Below, one piece after another: positions 39,948 to 49,969 of a stretch of DNA of 64,000 bases. The stretch is from an uncultured Planctomycetia bacterium (GTDB lineage Bacteria > Omnitrophota > Gorgyraeia > B26-G9): assembly GCA_964437495.1 (NCBI GenBank), contig CAYTGV010000001.1, forward strand, positions 28,552-92,551. The letters are read 5' to 3'. Numbering within the stretch: the first letter of the stretch is position 1; the number at the start of each line of letters is the position of its first letter. The notes under the pieces were generated by a model, which was not told the origin of the DNA, made no database searches, and was given only the letters and a program-made list of their open reading frames with translations. A program made the translations under genes and the position numbers.

Positions 39948-41309
39948 TTAAAAATCCGTTTCTTTAACTTTAAGTTTTCTACTCAGTTCTCTTGTCAGTT
40001 TTTTTAGACCGGGGCTTCGAATTACCGGGTAAACTTTTTCTGCCTTTAATTTCTTATAAGCTGCAGGCAGATCGTCGATCTGTCTTTTTACAAAGCTTCT
40101 GACCTGTGCCATCTTCGGCTGCGGCCTTAATAATCTGCCCTTTTCAATCATTTTCAACAAAAGCGGTTCACCTTTTTGCCGCTCAGTTTCTAAAGCCAGA
40201 ATATCTTTCATGAAATTACCCTTCCTATCCCTTAGGCGATAGATCTTTTTTCTACCCGGATAAGTAGCCTTATTTGAACTTAATTTCATTGTTGGGCAAA
40301 ATTTAGCTTTCCCATTATTAATCTCGCTTAGCTTATAGACAATATCACAATATGGCGCATCTGATGAAACCCCCATATTTGTTCCTACACCAAAACTGTC
40401 AATCGAAGCTTTAGCCCTTACTAGTTTTTCAATCTTATGCTCATCTAAATTACCGCTTGCCAGTATCTTTACATAGGCAAAACCATGCTTATTCAGCAAT
40501 GCCCTGATCTTTTTACTCTCTTTTACCAGATCTCCGCTATCTAAACGTACTCCAAGCAATTGAAACCCTTTTTTTTCAAGTTCTCTCGCAACTATTAATG
40601 CATTATTTATCCCCTGGCGATAACTATATGTATCCAGCAACAGCACTGACTCTTTAGGAAAAGTCTCTGTATATGCACGAAAACTCTCAAGTTCACTGTC
40701 AAAAGACATTACAAAAGAATGCGCCATTGTTCCTGCTAACTTAATGCCCAAAATCTTTCCAGCCAAAACATTTGAGGTTCCGCTACAACCTGCGATATAA
40801 CTGGCTTTGGCGACCTGCAGACTTGCAGCCGGCCCCTGAATTCTTCGCAGCGAAAAATCAAAAACAGGCCGCCCTCCTGCTGCAATAACAACCCTTGCCG
40901 CTTTAGAAGCAATTGCAGTCTGAATATTAATTGTGTTGAGAAGATACGCTTCAACGAGCTGTGCCTGAGCTAAAGGAGCAGTGATTCTCATTATAGGCTC
41001 TTGCGGAAAAATCAAAGTCCCCTCTCTGAGAGCCCAAACATCCCCGCTAAATTTAAGCCGGCTTAAAAATCTAAAGAAATCACTTTCAAAATTGTATTGT
41101 TTTAAATAAGCAATATCATCTTTTGTGAACTGGAAATTTTTCAAATATAAAAGAGCATCATTAATTCCGCAAGCAACCAAAAAAGACCTGTCTTTCGGAA
41201 GATTACGGATAAACAAATCAAATGTTGCCTCTGCCTGCGGCAAGAACCGCTTATATCCATTAGCCATTGTCAGAGCATAAAAATCCAGGATTAGGGCAGT
41301 TTTTCTCAT
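39948..41309 (-). CDS. pncB: Nicotinate phosphoribosyltransferase
   Basis: 453 aa; N-terminal LDFYALTMANGY motif and overall NAPRTase layout. Confidence 0.7.
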   Translation of the reverse strand: MRKTALILDFYALTMANGYKRFLPQAEATFDLFIRNLPKDRSFLVACGINDALLYLKNFQFTKDDIAYLKQYNFESDFFRFLSRLKFSGDVWALREGTLIFPQEPIMRITAPLAQAQLVEAYLLNTINIQTAIASKAARVVIAAGGRPVFDFSLRRIQGPAASLQVAKASYIAGCSGTSNVLAGKILGIKLAGTMAHSFVMSFDSELESFRAYTETFPKESVLLLDTYSYRQGINNALIVARELEKKGFQLLGVRLDSGDLVKESKKIRALLNKHGFAYVKILASGNLDEHKIEKLVRAKASIDSFGVGTNMGVSSDAPYCDIVYKLSEINNGKAKFCPTMKLSSNKATYPGRKKIYRLRDRKGNFMKDILALETERQKGEPLLLKMIEKGRLLRPQPKMAQVRSFVKRQIDDLPAAYKKLKAEKVYPVIRSPGLKKLTRELSRKLKVKETDF

Positions 41310-41310
41310 A

Positions 41311-41985
41311 TTACCTCAATCCGAGCAAGAAATACTCTCCTGCCCCGATTAATAAAAGGCCGAATATTTTCTTTATGCGAATCATCCACATGCCTGATTT
41401 TGGCATCTTTTTAAGCAATCCGACAAATGCACCGAGTATTAATAAAGGCAGACCTAATCCCAGTGCATATGTAAACAACAATGTTGTTCCTAAAAACAAA
41501 TCCCCCTGCGAAGCTACATAAGTAAGTATTCCGCCTAAAACCGGTGTTGTACATGGCCCGAGAACTAAACCGGAAACTGCACCTAATAAAAAGGCACCTC
41601 CTATACTTGTTGTAGCTTTCGCTTTATTTGGCTTAAAGAAAGTGATCTGAGGGAAATGAAAAACATCAAGCATGAACAGCCCCATAAAAATAAATACATT
41701 TCCCACAAATACACTAAGCCAAAAATTATTCTGAAAGGCACCAAACAAAGAGCCGCTAAGGGCAGCCACTGCGCCCAAGACAGAGTAAACAAGAGCAAGA
41801 CCTAAAACATAGCTTAAAGAGCGGATAAAACCCTCTTTTTTAGTTTTTATCTCCGCACCACCCATATAACCAACAATAACCGGCAGTATCGGATAGATGC
41901 ATGGGGTAAAACAAATCACAATCCCTGATACAAATACAATGAAATATGTTAAAAAAGAAATATTCTCTAAAGAAATCTGCTGCAT
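41311..41985 (-). CDS. ccdA: Cytochrome c biogenesis thiol-disulfide transporter CcdA (DsbD core)
   Basis: 224 aa, 6 TM, with CFTPCIYPILP in TM1. Confidence 0.85.
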   Translation of the reverse strand: MQQISLENISFLTYFIVFVSGIVICFTPCIYPILPVIVGYMGGAEIKTKKEGFIRSLSYVLGLALVYSVLGAVAALSGSLFGAFQNNFWLSVFVGNVFIFMGLFMLDVFHFPQITFFKPNKAKATTSIGGAFLLGAVSGLVLGPCTTPVLGGILTYVASQGDLFLGTTLLFTYALGLGLPLLILGAFVGLLKKMPKSGMWMIRIKKIFGLLLIGAGEYFLLGLR

Positions 41986-42009
41986 CTGTCCTCCTTTTCA
42001 GGATTCGAT

Positions 42010-42690
42010 TTATCGCTTCCTATTGCGTAAAAAAGAAGCAAACACAAATCCCCCTGTGAAACCACCTATATACGCCCACCAGGCTACCTTAACCAGGCCT
42101 TGCCTTGAACCCGGCAAAGTAAAAAATCCATTTAAGAACTGGATAAGAAACCATATACCTAAAAAGAAATATACCGGCATCTCCGCCACAGTCCAAAAAA
42201 TAAACACCGAAAACAAAATTATTATTTTTGCCCCAGAAAAAACAACAAATACGCTCCAGGGACACCAGAAATACATCCGCTTGCCCCCAAAGCAGGCACA
42301 TTAGAATGAATATTTAAATATATGCGTAAAATTTCCAACAAGACCACACAAAATATAAAAGATTAAAAATTTAAAGTGCCCTAATTTATCTTCGGCATTA
42401 TCTCCCAATATCCACAAATACCACATATTCCTCAGTCAATGAAGCCAGCCGGCATGCAGAAAAAGTGAACTTATCAAAGATATTATTCCGGCAATAGCCT
42501 GCGATAATGTCCAGGCCCGCATATTTAAAAAAGCCTCAGGAACTACCGCAAATCTAGAAATCACTTCTTTAAGTTACGATCCAAGCAAAATTTCCTTTAA
42601 AAATATATATATATGCGATTATCAGCAAAATAGTTACCAGCGCCAACCTTCTTGCCTTAGCCTTATCGCGCAAAGGTATCAATATGAAAC
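42010..42690 (-). pseudogene. Decayed rhomboid-family intramembrane protease gene (frameshift plus in-frame TGA and TAA)
   Basis: One frame from 42573 to 42010 reads ...SLFLHAGWLH-*(TGA 42436..42438)-LRNMWYLWILGDNAEDKLGHFKFLIFYILCGLVGNF...-*(TAA 42301..42303)-...VFSGAKIII...VAWWAYIGGFTGGFVF. It carries the rhomboid H..N, GxSG-like and AHxxG motifs. The TM1-like piece RRLALVTILLIIAYIYIF sits upstream in another frame. Track ORF 42010..42276 is the C-terminal fragment. Confidence 0.55.
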
Positions 42691-43348
42691 TCCTTACTAA
42701 TATTTAGCTTAGAATAATATTTTAACAAATTGCTAGATATTCTGCAACACAATTAACTTTTTATAATTAATCTGTTTTTTTAAAGACCCGTCAAAATAGA
42801 AAAATGCTGTAACCTATTAATAATAAAATTGTTATGAATTCAAAAAAGCCTTTATTTTTAAACCCTGGCTTTACTTATTTAATAAAACTCTATTTCTACA
42901 TAAAAAAAAGGAGCTTTTAATACTTACTCTTAAACAAATCCTTGTATGCCTACAAGATCTATGGATCACGACATTAAAACTGTTGATTTTAGAAAATCCA
43001 CATTCAAAAACACAAAAATAAGCTTAAATTAAGAGATCATAAAGCTGCTTGGACAAAAATTCAGCATCAAAAGAGTTCTAACCGCAATTTTTTCAGCCAT
43101 GGGCAAAAGTGTACAATATATAAATAAAGTTCCCCGCGCATTAAAATTAATGAAAAACAGAAATATAAATCGCCAAGGAAATGGGATATTATAGAATCTT
43201 CACTGTATCACCTCAATATAGAGAATAAGGTCTATGCCTTATTAATGGCAAGAAATGCAGGCCATTTACAAAAAGCATCAGTATTAAAGCCCCATAACTA
43301 TGTTTTTAACATAATATACAACAAGACATCTGCCGCCAGAAACTTAGT

Positions 43349-44845
43349 CTAGTTTGCATTCCCCGCACCATAATCGTGAAAATACTCCATTATTATTGCC
43401 GCAATATTTTCGGCTATTATCCGATATCCATGCTTTGTACAATGCCTGTCTTCTTCTGAGACAAAGTAATATTTATAAGGCCGATGCCTTAAGAGCTGAA
43501 CAAATCTCTCTTCATGCCGAATAATCTCAATCTTATACCTGAAAGCCACTTCCATTATTTCAGATGAAACCCCATCAGGATATCCCGAAAAGAAAAGCCT
43601 TATATTGTTACGCTCACAAGACTCTACCATTTCTTTTAAATTAGCAGACAAAATTTCAGAAACATTGCTTTCTTTCATAAGAACATTCGCGAAATATAAA
43701 TTTGCTATTTTAAAAATACTGTTCCTGCCTCGAAGTTTATCCTGAAAGTAATCACGCCTTAATTTTGCGTTCTTGTCTACCATTTCTATAGCTAACTCAA
43801 TACAATCTCTACTTTTCGGATCCAGCTTCAAGGCCTTCAGATAATAAGCCCTGGATTCTATAAAAAAATTATCCATATAAAGGTCACCTGCCATACGAAT
43901 ATACGCCTGAGATAAAAATTTTTTAGCCATATTATTTTTTGGAAATTTTAATAAGAATTTTTCGTAAAATAAAACAGTTTTTTCAATAATATCCATTCTC
44001 ATAAAGACATCCTCCAGTTCTTGATGCCAGATTCGAGCCTCAGGATTCTTATTCAAAGCAACCGTTAAACGATTTAACGCTTTAGCATATTCTCTGTTAA
44101 GCTTATAACAACGAATTAATTCAAGTACGCTCAGATCATCATTGCCATCGATCATTATTGCTTTATAATAAAATCGTTTTGCCAATCCATAATAACCAAA
44201 GTCTCTATATATATTTGCGTAACGTATTAAGATAGGAACAGTTTGGACTTGGGCCAGCTTTAACCGGGCGAAATGATTATATTTTTCTTTCGAATTGATT
44301 TGTGCACTCTTCAATTTTAAGTTTTGCAAAATCACAGAAAAAAACTTAGAGATTCTAAGCCTTCCCATAAGAAACTGAAACAGTTTTCTATCTAATCTGA
44401 TATTACTATCATCAAAATTCCAGGTATCATTTCCGCCGCACATAATAATCACTGCCTCGGGCTTAAGATCAGAGACCGCTTTTTTAAGCTTTTTAAGAAC
44501 CTGGGTAGAATTGCTGCCGGGAACTCCCAAATTAATAATATTGAACTTTTTCCCATTTTTTTGTTGATTTAATATCTCCTGCATCTGCACAGGATAGCTA
44601 AATTTGGCTTTTGCTCCAATTCCGTAAGTAAACGAATCGCCAAAACAAAGAATTTTTATTGCTTGATATTGGGCTTCCTGGCCTTTTGCTCTATAAATGT
44701 GCTGCATAAAATAACTGCACACAGACAGAACCGTTTCCATGCTCAGAAGCGCAATACTGATTCCAAGAACGATGAGCAATATTTTTAAACGCAATTTTAT
44801 TGATTTTTTCTTATTCTTCATTTCGGGAATTTTTCCAGTATTCAC
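43349..44845 (-). CDS. Membrane-anchored SGNH/GDSL-hydrolase-like protein with TPR repeats
   Basis: FGDSFTYG (GDS block) and IIMCGGNDTWNF (GGND block) with TPRs in the middle; 498 aa. Confidence 0.6.
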   Translation of the reverse strand: MNTGKIPEMKNKKKSIKLRLKILLIVLGISIALLSMETVLSVCSYFMQHIYRAKGQEAQYQAIKILCFGDSFTYGIGAKAKFSYPVQMQEILNQQKNGKKFNIINLGVPGSNSTQVLKKLKKAVSDLKPEAVIIMCGGNDTWNFDDSNIRLDRKLFQFLMGRLRISKFFSVILQNLKLKSAQINSKEKYNHFARLKLAQVQTVPILIRYANIYRDFGYYGLAKRFYYKAIMIDGNDDLSVLELIRCYKLNREYAKALNRLTVALNKNPEARIWHQELEDVFMRMDIIEKTVLFYEKFLLKFPKNNMAKKFLSQAYIRMAGDLYMDNFFIESRAYYLKALKLDPKSRDCIELAIEMVDKNAKLRRDYFQDKLRGRNSIFKIANLYFANVLMKESNVSEILSANLKEMVESCERNNIRLFFSGYPDGVSSEIMEVAFRYKIEIIRHEERFVQLLRHRPYKYYFVSEEDRHCTKHGYRIIAENIAAIIMEYFHDYGAGNAN

Positions 44846-45455
44846 AGTATTTATTTATAACACATTCTTTGCATCTGGGTTTTCGCGAAATACAAATTTC
44901 ACGGCCATGAGCAATGAGTAAATGATTTATTGCCCCCCAATCCCTGCGCACAAAAAGATCCATAAGATCTTTCTCTATCTTCACCGGATTGTTATTTTGC
45001 GTTAAGCCTAGCCTTTGAGCAAGACGCCGCACATGTGTATCCACAGCAATTCCTTCATTTTTCGAAAAAGCATTATATAAAATAACATTTGCGGATTTTC
45101 TGGCAATACCCGGAAGGCTAACTAAATCAGCCATATTCTCCGGAATATGTCCTTTAAACTTGTCTCTTAACATAATAGCTACTGCAATAATATTTTTTGC
45201 TTTATTGCGAAAGAATCCTACAGAACGGATATCCTGTTCTAATATTTCAACTTTAGCATTTGCCCAATCAGATAGAAAGCGATATTTTTGAAACAAAGAG
45301 TCTGTGACAATATTAACGCGCCTGTCAGTACACTGTGCAGAAAGCATCGTGGCGACAAGAAGCTCAAAATTATTTGAAAACCTTAAAGCAATTTTAGCCT
45401 CAGGGTATTTTTTTTTAAGTACTTTGATCAATTTTGCTTTTTTACTTCGATACAC
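44811..45455 (-). CDS. nth: Endonuclease III
   Basis: HhH-GPD motif and a C-terminal 4Fe-4S Cys cluster CISRKPRCKECVINKYC. Confidence 0.9.
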   Translation of the reverse strand: MYRSKKAKLIKVLKKKYPEAKIALRFSNNFELLVATMLSAQCTDRRVNIVTDSLFQKYRFLSDWANAKVEILEQDIRSVGFFRNKAKNIIAVAIMLRDKFKGHIPENMADLVSLPGIARKSANVILYNAFSKNEGIAVDTHVRRLAQRLGLTQNNNPVKIEKDLMDLFVRRDWGAINHLLIAHGREICISRKPRCKECVINKYCEYWKNSRNEE

Positions 45456-45521
45456 GTAGAATCACCTTTTTTAAAAATTATTCAATATTATTGATATTGT
45501 ACCAAAATTTACAAAAAATAT

Positions 45522-45550
45522 TTGCATTAATTTATTTTTGTGCTTATAAT
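45522..45550 (+). promoter_or_regulatory. Sigma70-like promoter of the ferredoxin gene
   Basis: TTGCAT-17 nt-TATAAT; AAGGAGGA lies 4 nt before the ATG at 45581. Confidence 0.45.
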
Positions 45551-45580
45551 AAAATTAATCATGAACTTAAGGAGGATAGC

Positions 45581-45769
45581 ATGAAAGCAATTATAGACAC
45601 AGAAGCTTGTGTAGGATGTGGATTATGCGCTAATATGTGCGCAGAGGTATACCAGATGGAAGACGACAAAGCAATTGTTATCGGCAATTCCATTCCAGAG
45701 GAACTCTTGGATTCAGCAAAAGAAGCAGCCACAAGCTGCCCTGTAGAAGCAATAAAAATAGAGGGTTAA
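45581..45769 (+). CDS. 4Fe-4S ferredoxin (small monocluster type)
   Basis: MKAIIDTEACVGCGLCANMCAEVYQ...ATSCPVEAIKIEG, 62 aa; internal start within track ORF 45434..45769. Confidence 0.8.
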   Translation: MKAIIDTEACVGCGLCANMCAEVYQMEDDKAIVIGNSIPEELLDSAKEAATSCPVEAIKIEG

Positions 45770-45790
45770 TTTTTTTAACCCTCTATTTTA
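45761..45790 (+). terminator. Hairpin plus T-run after the ferredoxin gene
   Basis: gagggttaa-ttttt-ttaaccctc followed by tatttta. Confidence 0.5.
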
Positions 45791-45830
45791 TAAATACCCT
45801 GATCTCTTGATTTATAATAACTCTTTAAAT

Positions 45831-46637
45831 CTAATATTTTAGGCCAATTAAATATTCCAAATCATCCCATGGTTTACGACTCCCTTGGATAGCCACGATA
45901 AATTCCTTATTCCCCTTGCTGAATGCACCAAGAAAACAGTGTTTTGCCGCTTGAGTATAGCCTGTCTTTCCAATAAGATTATTGGTTGTACGCCAAAGAA
46001 ACTTATTATGATTGCGTAATTTAATTACTTTACCGTCACTGCCGGATATACTGGCATACTTCTTCCCCAATATTTTAGTCAATGCCGGATATTCAAGACA
46101 TTTCTTCATAAATAAAGCCAGGTCATAAGCAGTAGAATACTGTCGTTTTTTATGTTCAGGCAATCCTGTGGCATTGAGGAAAAAGCTGTTTTTCGCTCCC
46201 CATGATTTTGCCTGTTTATTCATTAATAATGAGAACTTAAACTCAGTTTCCGCCATAGCCTCAGCCAAAACAACCCCGGCATCATTAGCCGAACTCATCA
46301 AAAAACACAGAAGCAGATCCTTAACCTTATATTTTTTCTTTTCGCTTAAATACACCTTACTCGGAGCTATCCCCGCAGCCCTTTTACTGATAATTAAACT
46401 CCTTTTAAAATCCAGATTATCAGCGGCCATAACTGCAGTCAGCACTTTTACCGTACTTGCCGCAGGCATCCTTAAAGAGGAGTTTTTTTCAAACAGAACA
46501 GCTCCGCTATGTGCATCCATAATAATAGCAGATCTTGCCGTAAGTCCTGCACTTTGCTTAGAAAGCCCTACCCTTGCAAAAAACTGGCCCATAATAATTA
46601 CGGCTAAAAAGCATATTATATATTTAGTGAATTTCAT
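45831..46637 (-). CDS. D-alanyl-D-alanine carboxypeptidase (S11 penicillin-binding protein)
   Basis: Signal peptide, SxxK motif (ASTVK) and SxN-like motif; 268 aa. Confidence 0.8.
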   Translation of the reverse strand: MKFTKYIICFLAVIIMGQFFARVGLSKQSAGLTARSAIIMDAHSGAVLFEKNSSLRMPAASTVKVLTAVMAADNLDFKRSLIISKRAAGIAPSKVYLSEKKKYKVKDLLLCFLMSSANDAGVVLAEAMAETEFKFSLLMNKQAKSWGAKNSFFLNATGLPEHKKRQYSTAYDLALFMKKCLEYPALTKILGKKYASISGSDGKVIKLRNHNKFLWRTTNNLIGKTGYTQAAKHCFLGAFSKGNKEFIVAIQGSRKPWDDLEYLIGLKY

Positions 46638-46638
46638 T

Positions 46639-47058
46639 TCATTTTCCTAAAAAAGTTAGGACAATCTTTCTGTCTCTTACTCGAGTATCGAATTCTGCCA
46701 AAACAACCTGCTGCCAGGTTCCCAAAAGCAGTTTCCCGTCATTAAAAGGTACAATCATCCCGGATCCCTGAAGCGCTGCCCGAACATGGCTAAAGCCATT
46801 GGCATCATTCCAGGTCTCATTATGCAAATAGTGTTTTTCACTTGGCGCAATCCGTTCATACAAATCCCTCATGTCTGAGATCATGCCTGATTCATACTCA
46901 AAAGATGTTATTGCCGCAGTTGATCCGACAACAAACACATTCATCAAGCCTTCGCTAAGAAATGACTGCTGCAAAGCCTCCTGAAGATCACTGGTAATAT
47001 CAATTAAATCTCCGGCACCCTTTGTTTTATGCTTTAGAATCTGCGTTATAATTTCCAT
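46639..47058 (-). CDS. YjbQ/UPF0047 family protein
   Basis: 139 aa; ...GLMNVFVVGSTAAITS...NGFSHVRAAL...LLLGTWQQVVLAEFD... is conserved UPF0047 sequence. Confidence 0.7.
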   Translation of the reverse strand: MEIITQILKHKTKGAGDLIDITSDLQEALQQSFLSEGLMNVFVVGSTAAITSFEYESGMISDMRDLYERIAPSEKHYLHNETWNDANGFSHVRAALQGSGMIVPFNDGKLLLGTWQQVVLAEFDTRVRDRKIVLTFLGK

Positions 47059-47121
47059 AGTACAATTCTATCCCCAACAACTTGATCATGAAATTTTATG
47101 TTTTGTCATTAATAATATTCA

Positions 47122-47150
47122 TTGACGAAAATTGTTTATCAAGTTATAAT
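47122..47150 (+). promoter_or_regulatory. Sigma70 promoter of the pyrE-kdsB operon
   Basis: TTGACG-17 nt-TATAAT. Confidence 0.5.
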
Positions 47151-47196
47151 TTTTATAAATATTTTAACATAGATTTATCTTAACTAGGAGAAAAAA

Positions 47197-47754
47197 GTGA
47201 ACAAGAAAATATCTAAGCAAAAAAAGCAACTTTTTACCATTCTCAAAAAAAATTCATTTAAACGCAAACGCGTCATTCTCTCCAGCGGGAAAGCCAGTAA
47301 TTTTTACTTTGACGGAAGAATAAGCTCTCTTATAAGCTCAGGCGCTTATCTTATTGCAGAGATACTTCTGGATATGATAAAATATGATAAAATTGACGCG
47401 ATTGGTGGACTTACACTCGGAGCTGATCCTATAATCGGAGCAACAGTTGCCATAAGTTTTGGGAAAAGCAGGCCGATTAATGGTTTCATTGTAAGAAAAG
47501 ATGAAAAAAAACACGGCATGAAAAGAAAAATTGAAGGGCCGGCGCTGAAGAAATCAAGCAGAGTTGTAATTATCGATGATGTAGTTACAACCGGTTCATC
47601 AACGATTCAAGCTATTAAATCCGTGCAGGAAATCGGATGCAAAATTGTCCGCGTAATCGCAGTAGTTGACAGAAACGAAGGCGCAAAAGAGAATATTGAA
47701 AAATGCAAATGTAAGCTTGAATCGATTTTTACAAAAGCTGACTTCGGAGTTTAA
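47197..47754 (+). CDS. pyrE: Orotate phosphoribosyltransferase
   Basis: PRPP-binding motif VVIIDDVVTTGSS; 185 aa; GTG start. Confidence 0.8.
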   Translation: MNKKISKQKKQLFTILKKNSFKRKRVILSSGKASNFYFDGRISSLISSGAYLIAEILLDMIKYDKIDAIGGLTLGADPIIGATVAISFGKSRPINGFIVRKDEKKHGMKRKIEGPALKKSSRVVIIDDVVTTGSSTIQAIKSVQEIGCKIVRVIAVVDRNEGAKENIEKCKCKLESIFTKADFGV

Positions 47755-47768
47755 CTTAAGGATCTATT

Positions 47769-48512
47769 ATGGATGTTATTGGTATAATACCCGCGCGTTA
47801 TGGTTCAACCAGGCTTGCTGCAAAAGCACTTGCTAACATATTGGGCAAGCCTATGATACAGCATATATATGAAAGAGCCAAGGAAGCTTCTGTCTTAGAT
47901 GAAGTTATTGTGGCTACAGATGATGAAAGGATAAAAAAGGCCGTAGACTCTTTTGGAGGAAAAGCTTTACTTACATCTAAAGAGCACACATCGGGAACAG
48001 AACGGCTTACTGAAGTAGTTTTCGACATGGATGTGAAGGTTATTGTTAATATCCAAGGCGATGAGCCTCTTATTCACCCATCCATGATTAATGATGTTGC
48101 TTATGCCATACTCGAAAATCAAAATATCGTCATGGCAACCCTAAAACAACTTATCACTGATATAAATGAGTTTAATAATCCAAATGTAGTAAAGGTAATC
48201 ACGGATAAAAATAACTTTGCTATTTATTTTTCCAGGTCTCCTCTGCCAAACATATTAAGGAAAAAAGAAGGATTAGATATACCGATTTACAAGCATGTCG
48301 GGATTTATGCTTACACAAAAGACTTTTTACTTACTTTCAAAGGATTGAGATCCTCAAAGCTAGAGCTTGCAGAATCACTGGAGCAGCTAAGAGCAATAGA
48401 GAACGGCTATAAAATAAAAGTGCTGGAAACCAGACACGAAACTATCAGCATAGATACGCAGGAAGATCTCGATAAGGTCATAGACTATCTTAAGAATTCA
48501 ATTAATAGCTAA
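47769..48512 (+). CDS. kdsB: 3-deoxy-manno-octulosonate cytidylyltransferase (CMP-KDO synthetase)
   Basis: MDVIGIIPARYGSTRLAAKALANILGKPMIQHIYERA... is the canonical KdsB N-terminus; its presence implies LPS/KDO. Confidence 0.9.
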   Translation: MDVIGIIPARYGSTRLAAKALANILGKPMIQHIYERAKEASVLDEVIVATDDERIKKAVDSFGGKALLTSKEHTSGTERLTEVVFDMDVKVIVNIQGDEPLIHPSMINDVAYAILENQNIVMATLKQLITDINEFNNPNVVKVITDKNNFAIYFSRSPLPNILRKKEGLDIPIYKHVGIYAYTKDFLLTFKGLRSSKLELAESLEQLRAIENGYKIKVLETRHETISIDTQEDLDKVIDYLKNSINS

Positions 48513-49945
48513 ATAGACTGATTTAGCCACTCTTGCTGTGTCTGCTCAAGAAGCTGTTCTGCTTTCACCTTATCTTCAAGCGGAACATACAGATAATAAC
48601 CGGACGCAATGGTTCGAATCGGCAAGCCCCAGCTAAAATGGGACGGTTTAATCTCATTCATAATGCTTCTGCTTCTAAGACATGCCTTCTTCACCTCTGC
48701 CTCAGTTTCATCAATGGCAATATCTAAAAGGGTCCATTGTTTTGAAGGAAGGCTGCAGATTTTACGGAAAAATTTCAGTTGTCTTTTTATGTCATGGTAT
48801 ACTCCGACCAGAACTATCAAACCAAAAGCACCAAAAATACCTGCACTCATAAAGGAAATCTTAAGGATCAACGGTAAAGCAACTGGAAGGTAATAAATCG
48901 CTACAAATAATATCACGCTTAATGTTATCGTTTTAGTAATGGAAGCATTCAAATAATCTATTATCTTTTTATTTTGGCTTTCCTTTATTTTGCACTTATG
49001 CGCCAAAATGAGCTCATAAAATCTTCTGGGCCGATAGATTACTTTTGCGTAAACAAGCGTAAAGAAAATTATAGCAATTAAAACCATTGCAAAAGAAGCA
49101 AGATCAAACGAAACCTCAAAATAAGAGAATACTGTCTCTGTAATAATCAAAGGCCATACCCCCATCCATACCGGCCTTATTGAAATATGAAAATGCTCAT
49201 TATTTTCAGTACACATATCTATTCTATTTACAATTCTAGTAACTTTTCTGGCAAAATAAATAAAAGCTATTGTTATAACACTGAAAATAAACAAATGTTT
49301 CAAGCCTATCAGATTCCTGCCCCAGAATACAACCAATTGATCCCCGGCAAAAATAAATCTTAATATCACTTCTACGGCAAAAATCATACCCACTCCATTA
49401 CCAAAACCATATTTATTTATAACCTGCGTAAGCATTATAAAAATAAGCGTCATTACACAAAGAGAAAGAATGGTAGTTATCTGAAAAGGAAGTCCGGCAA
49501 ATTTCAGCAGGTTAATATCCGGGAATTGATTCAAAAGCTGCAAATCCATACTTGCCTGATATCCGGAAAACACACTTAAAATCAGGGCAATAATTACAGT
49601 CCCATACATCATTTTAGAACGCCCATGTTGTTCATGAAAAAACTTTCTATTTAACCCAGGCACAAGAAAAGCTATTATTTGAAGCATTACACAGGCATTA
49701 ATAAAAGGCATTATCCCTAAGGAACTTACCGATACATTACGCAGTTTTCCAATATGCACAAGAGCCATCAAATCCATTAAGCCCCCGCCTTGCGTCCTAA
49801 TATGCTGCTTATAGAGCTCAGCCAATGCGCTTAAATCAACCCCTGGCAGAGGCAAAAAATAAAGCACACGTACAAGCACAAGAACAGCTATGGTAACTAA
49901 AATCCTCTTCCATATGCCACATTCATCACTTTTTTTTATCGTCAT
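48509..49945 (-). CDS. Divergent SecY-family translocon protein with a C-terminal cytoplasmic DUF2007-like domain
   Basis: Aligns with the SecY N-terminal half: ...LPLPGVDLSALAELYKQ...SLGIMPFINACVMLQIIAFLVPGL...GRSKMMYGT... and ...GFGNGVGMIFA.... The last ~90 aa (WTLLDIAIDETEAEVKKACLRS...YYLYVPLEDKVKAEQLLEQ) match the DUF2007 pattern. Not in a ribosomal-protein (spc) operon context. Confidence 0.6.
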   Translation of the reverse strand: MTIKKSDECGIWKRILVTIAVLVLVRVLYFLPLPGVDLSALAELYKQHIRTQGGGLMDLMALVHIGKLRNVSVSSLGIMPFINACVMLQIIAFLVPGLNRKFFHEQHGRSKMMYGTVIIALILSVFSGYQASMDLQLLNQFPDINLLKFAGLPFQITTILSLCVMTLIFIMLTQVINKYGFGNGVGMIFAVEVILRFIFAGDQLVVFWGRNLIGLKHLFIFSVITIAFIYFARKVTRIVNRIDMCTENNEHFHISIRPVWMGVWPLIITETVFSYFEVSFDLASFAMVLIAIIFFTLVYAKVIYRPRRFYELILAHKCKIKESQNKKIIDYLNASITKTITLSVILFVAIYYLPVALPLILKISFMSAGIFGAFGLIVLVGVYHDIKRQLKFFRKICSLPSKQWTLLDIAIDETEAEVKKACLRSRSIMNEIKPSHFSWGLPIRTIASGYYLYVPLEDKVKAEQLLEQTQQEWLNQSI

Positions 49946-49969
49946 CTTATCCCACCCTTCAAAAGAAGA

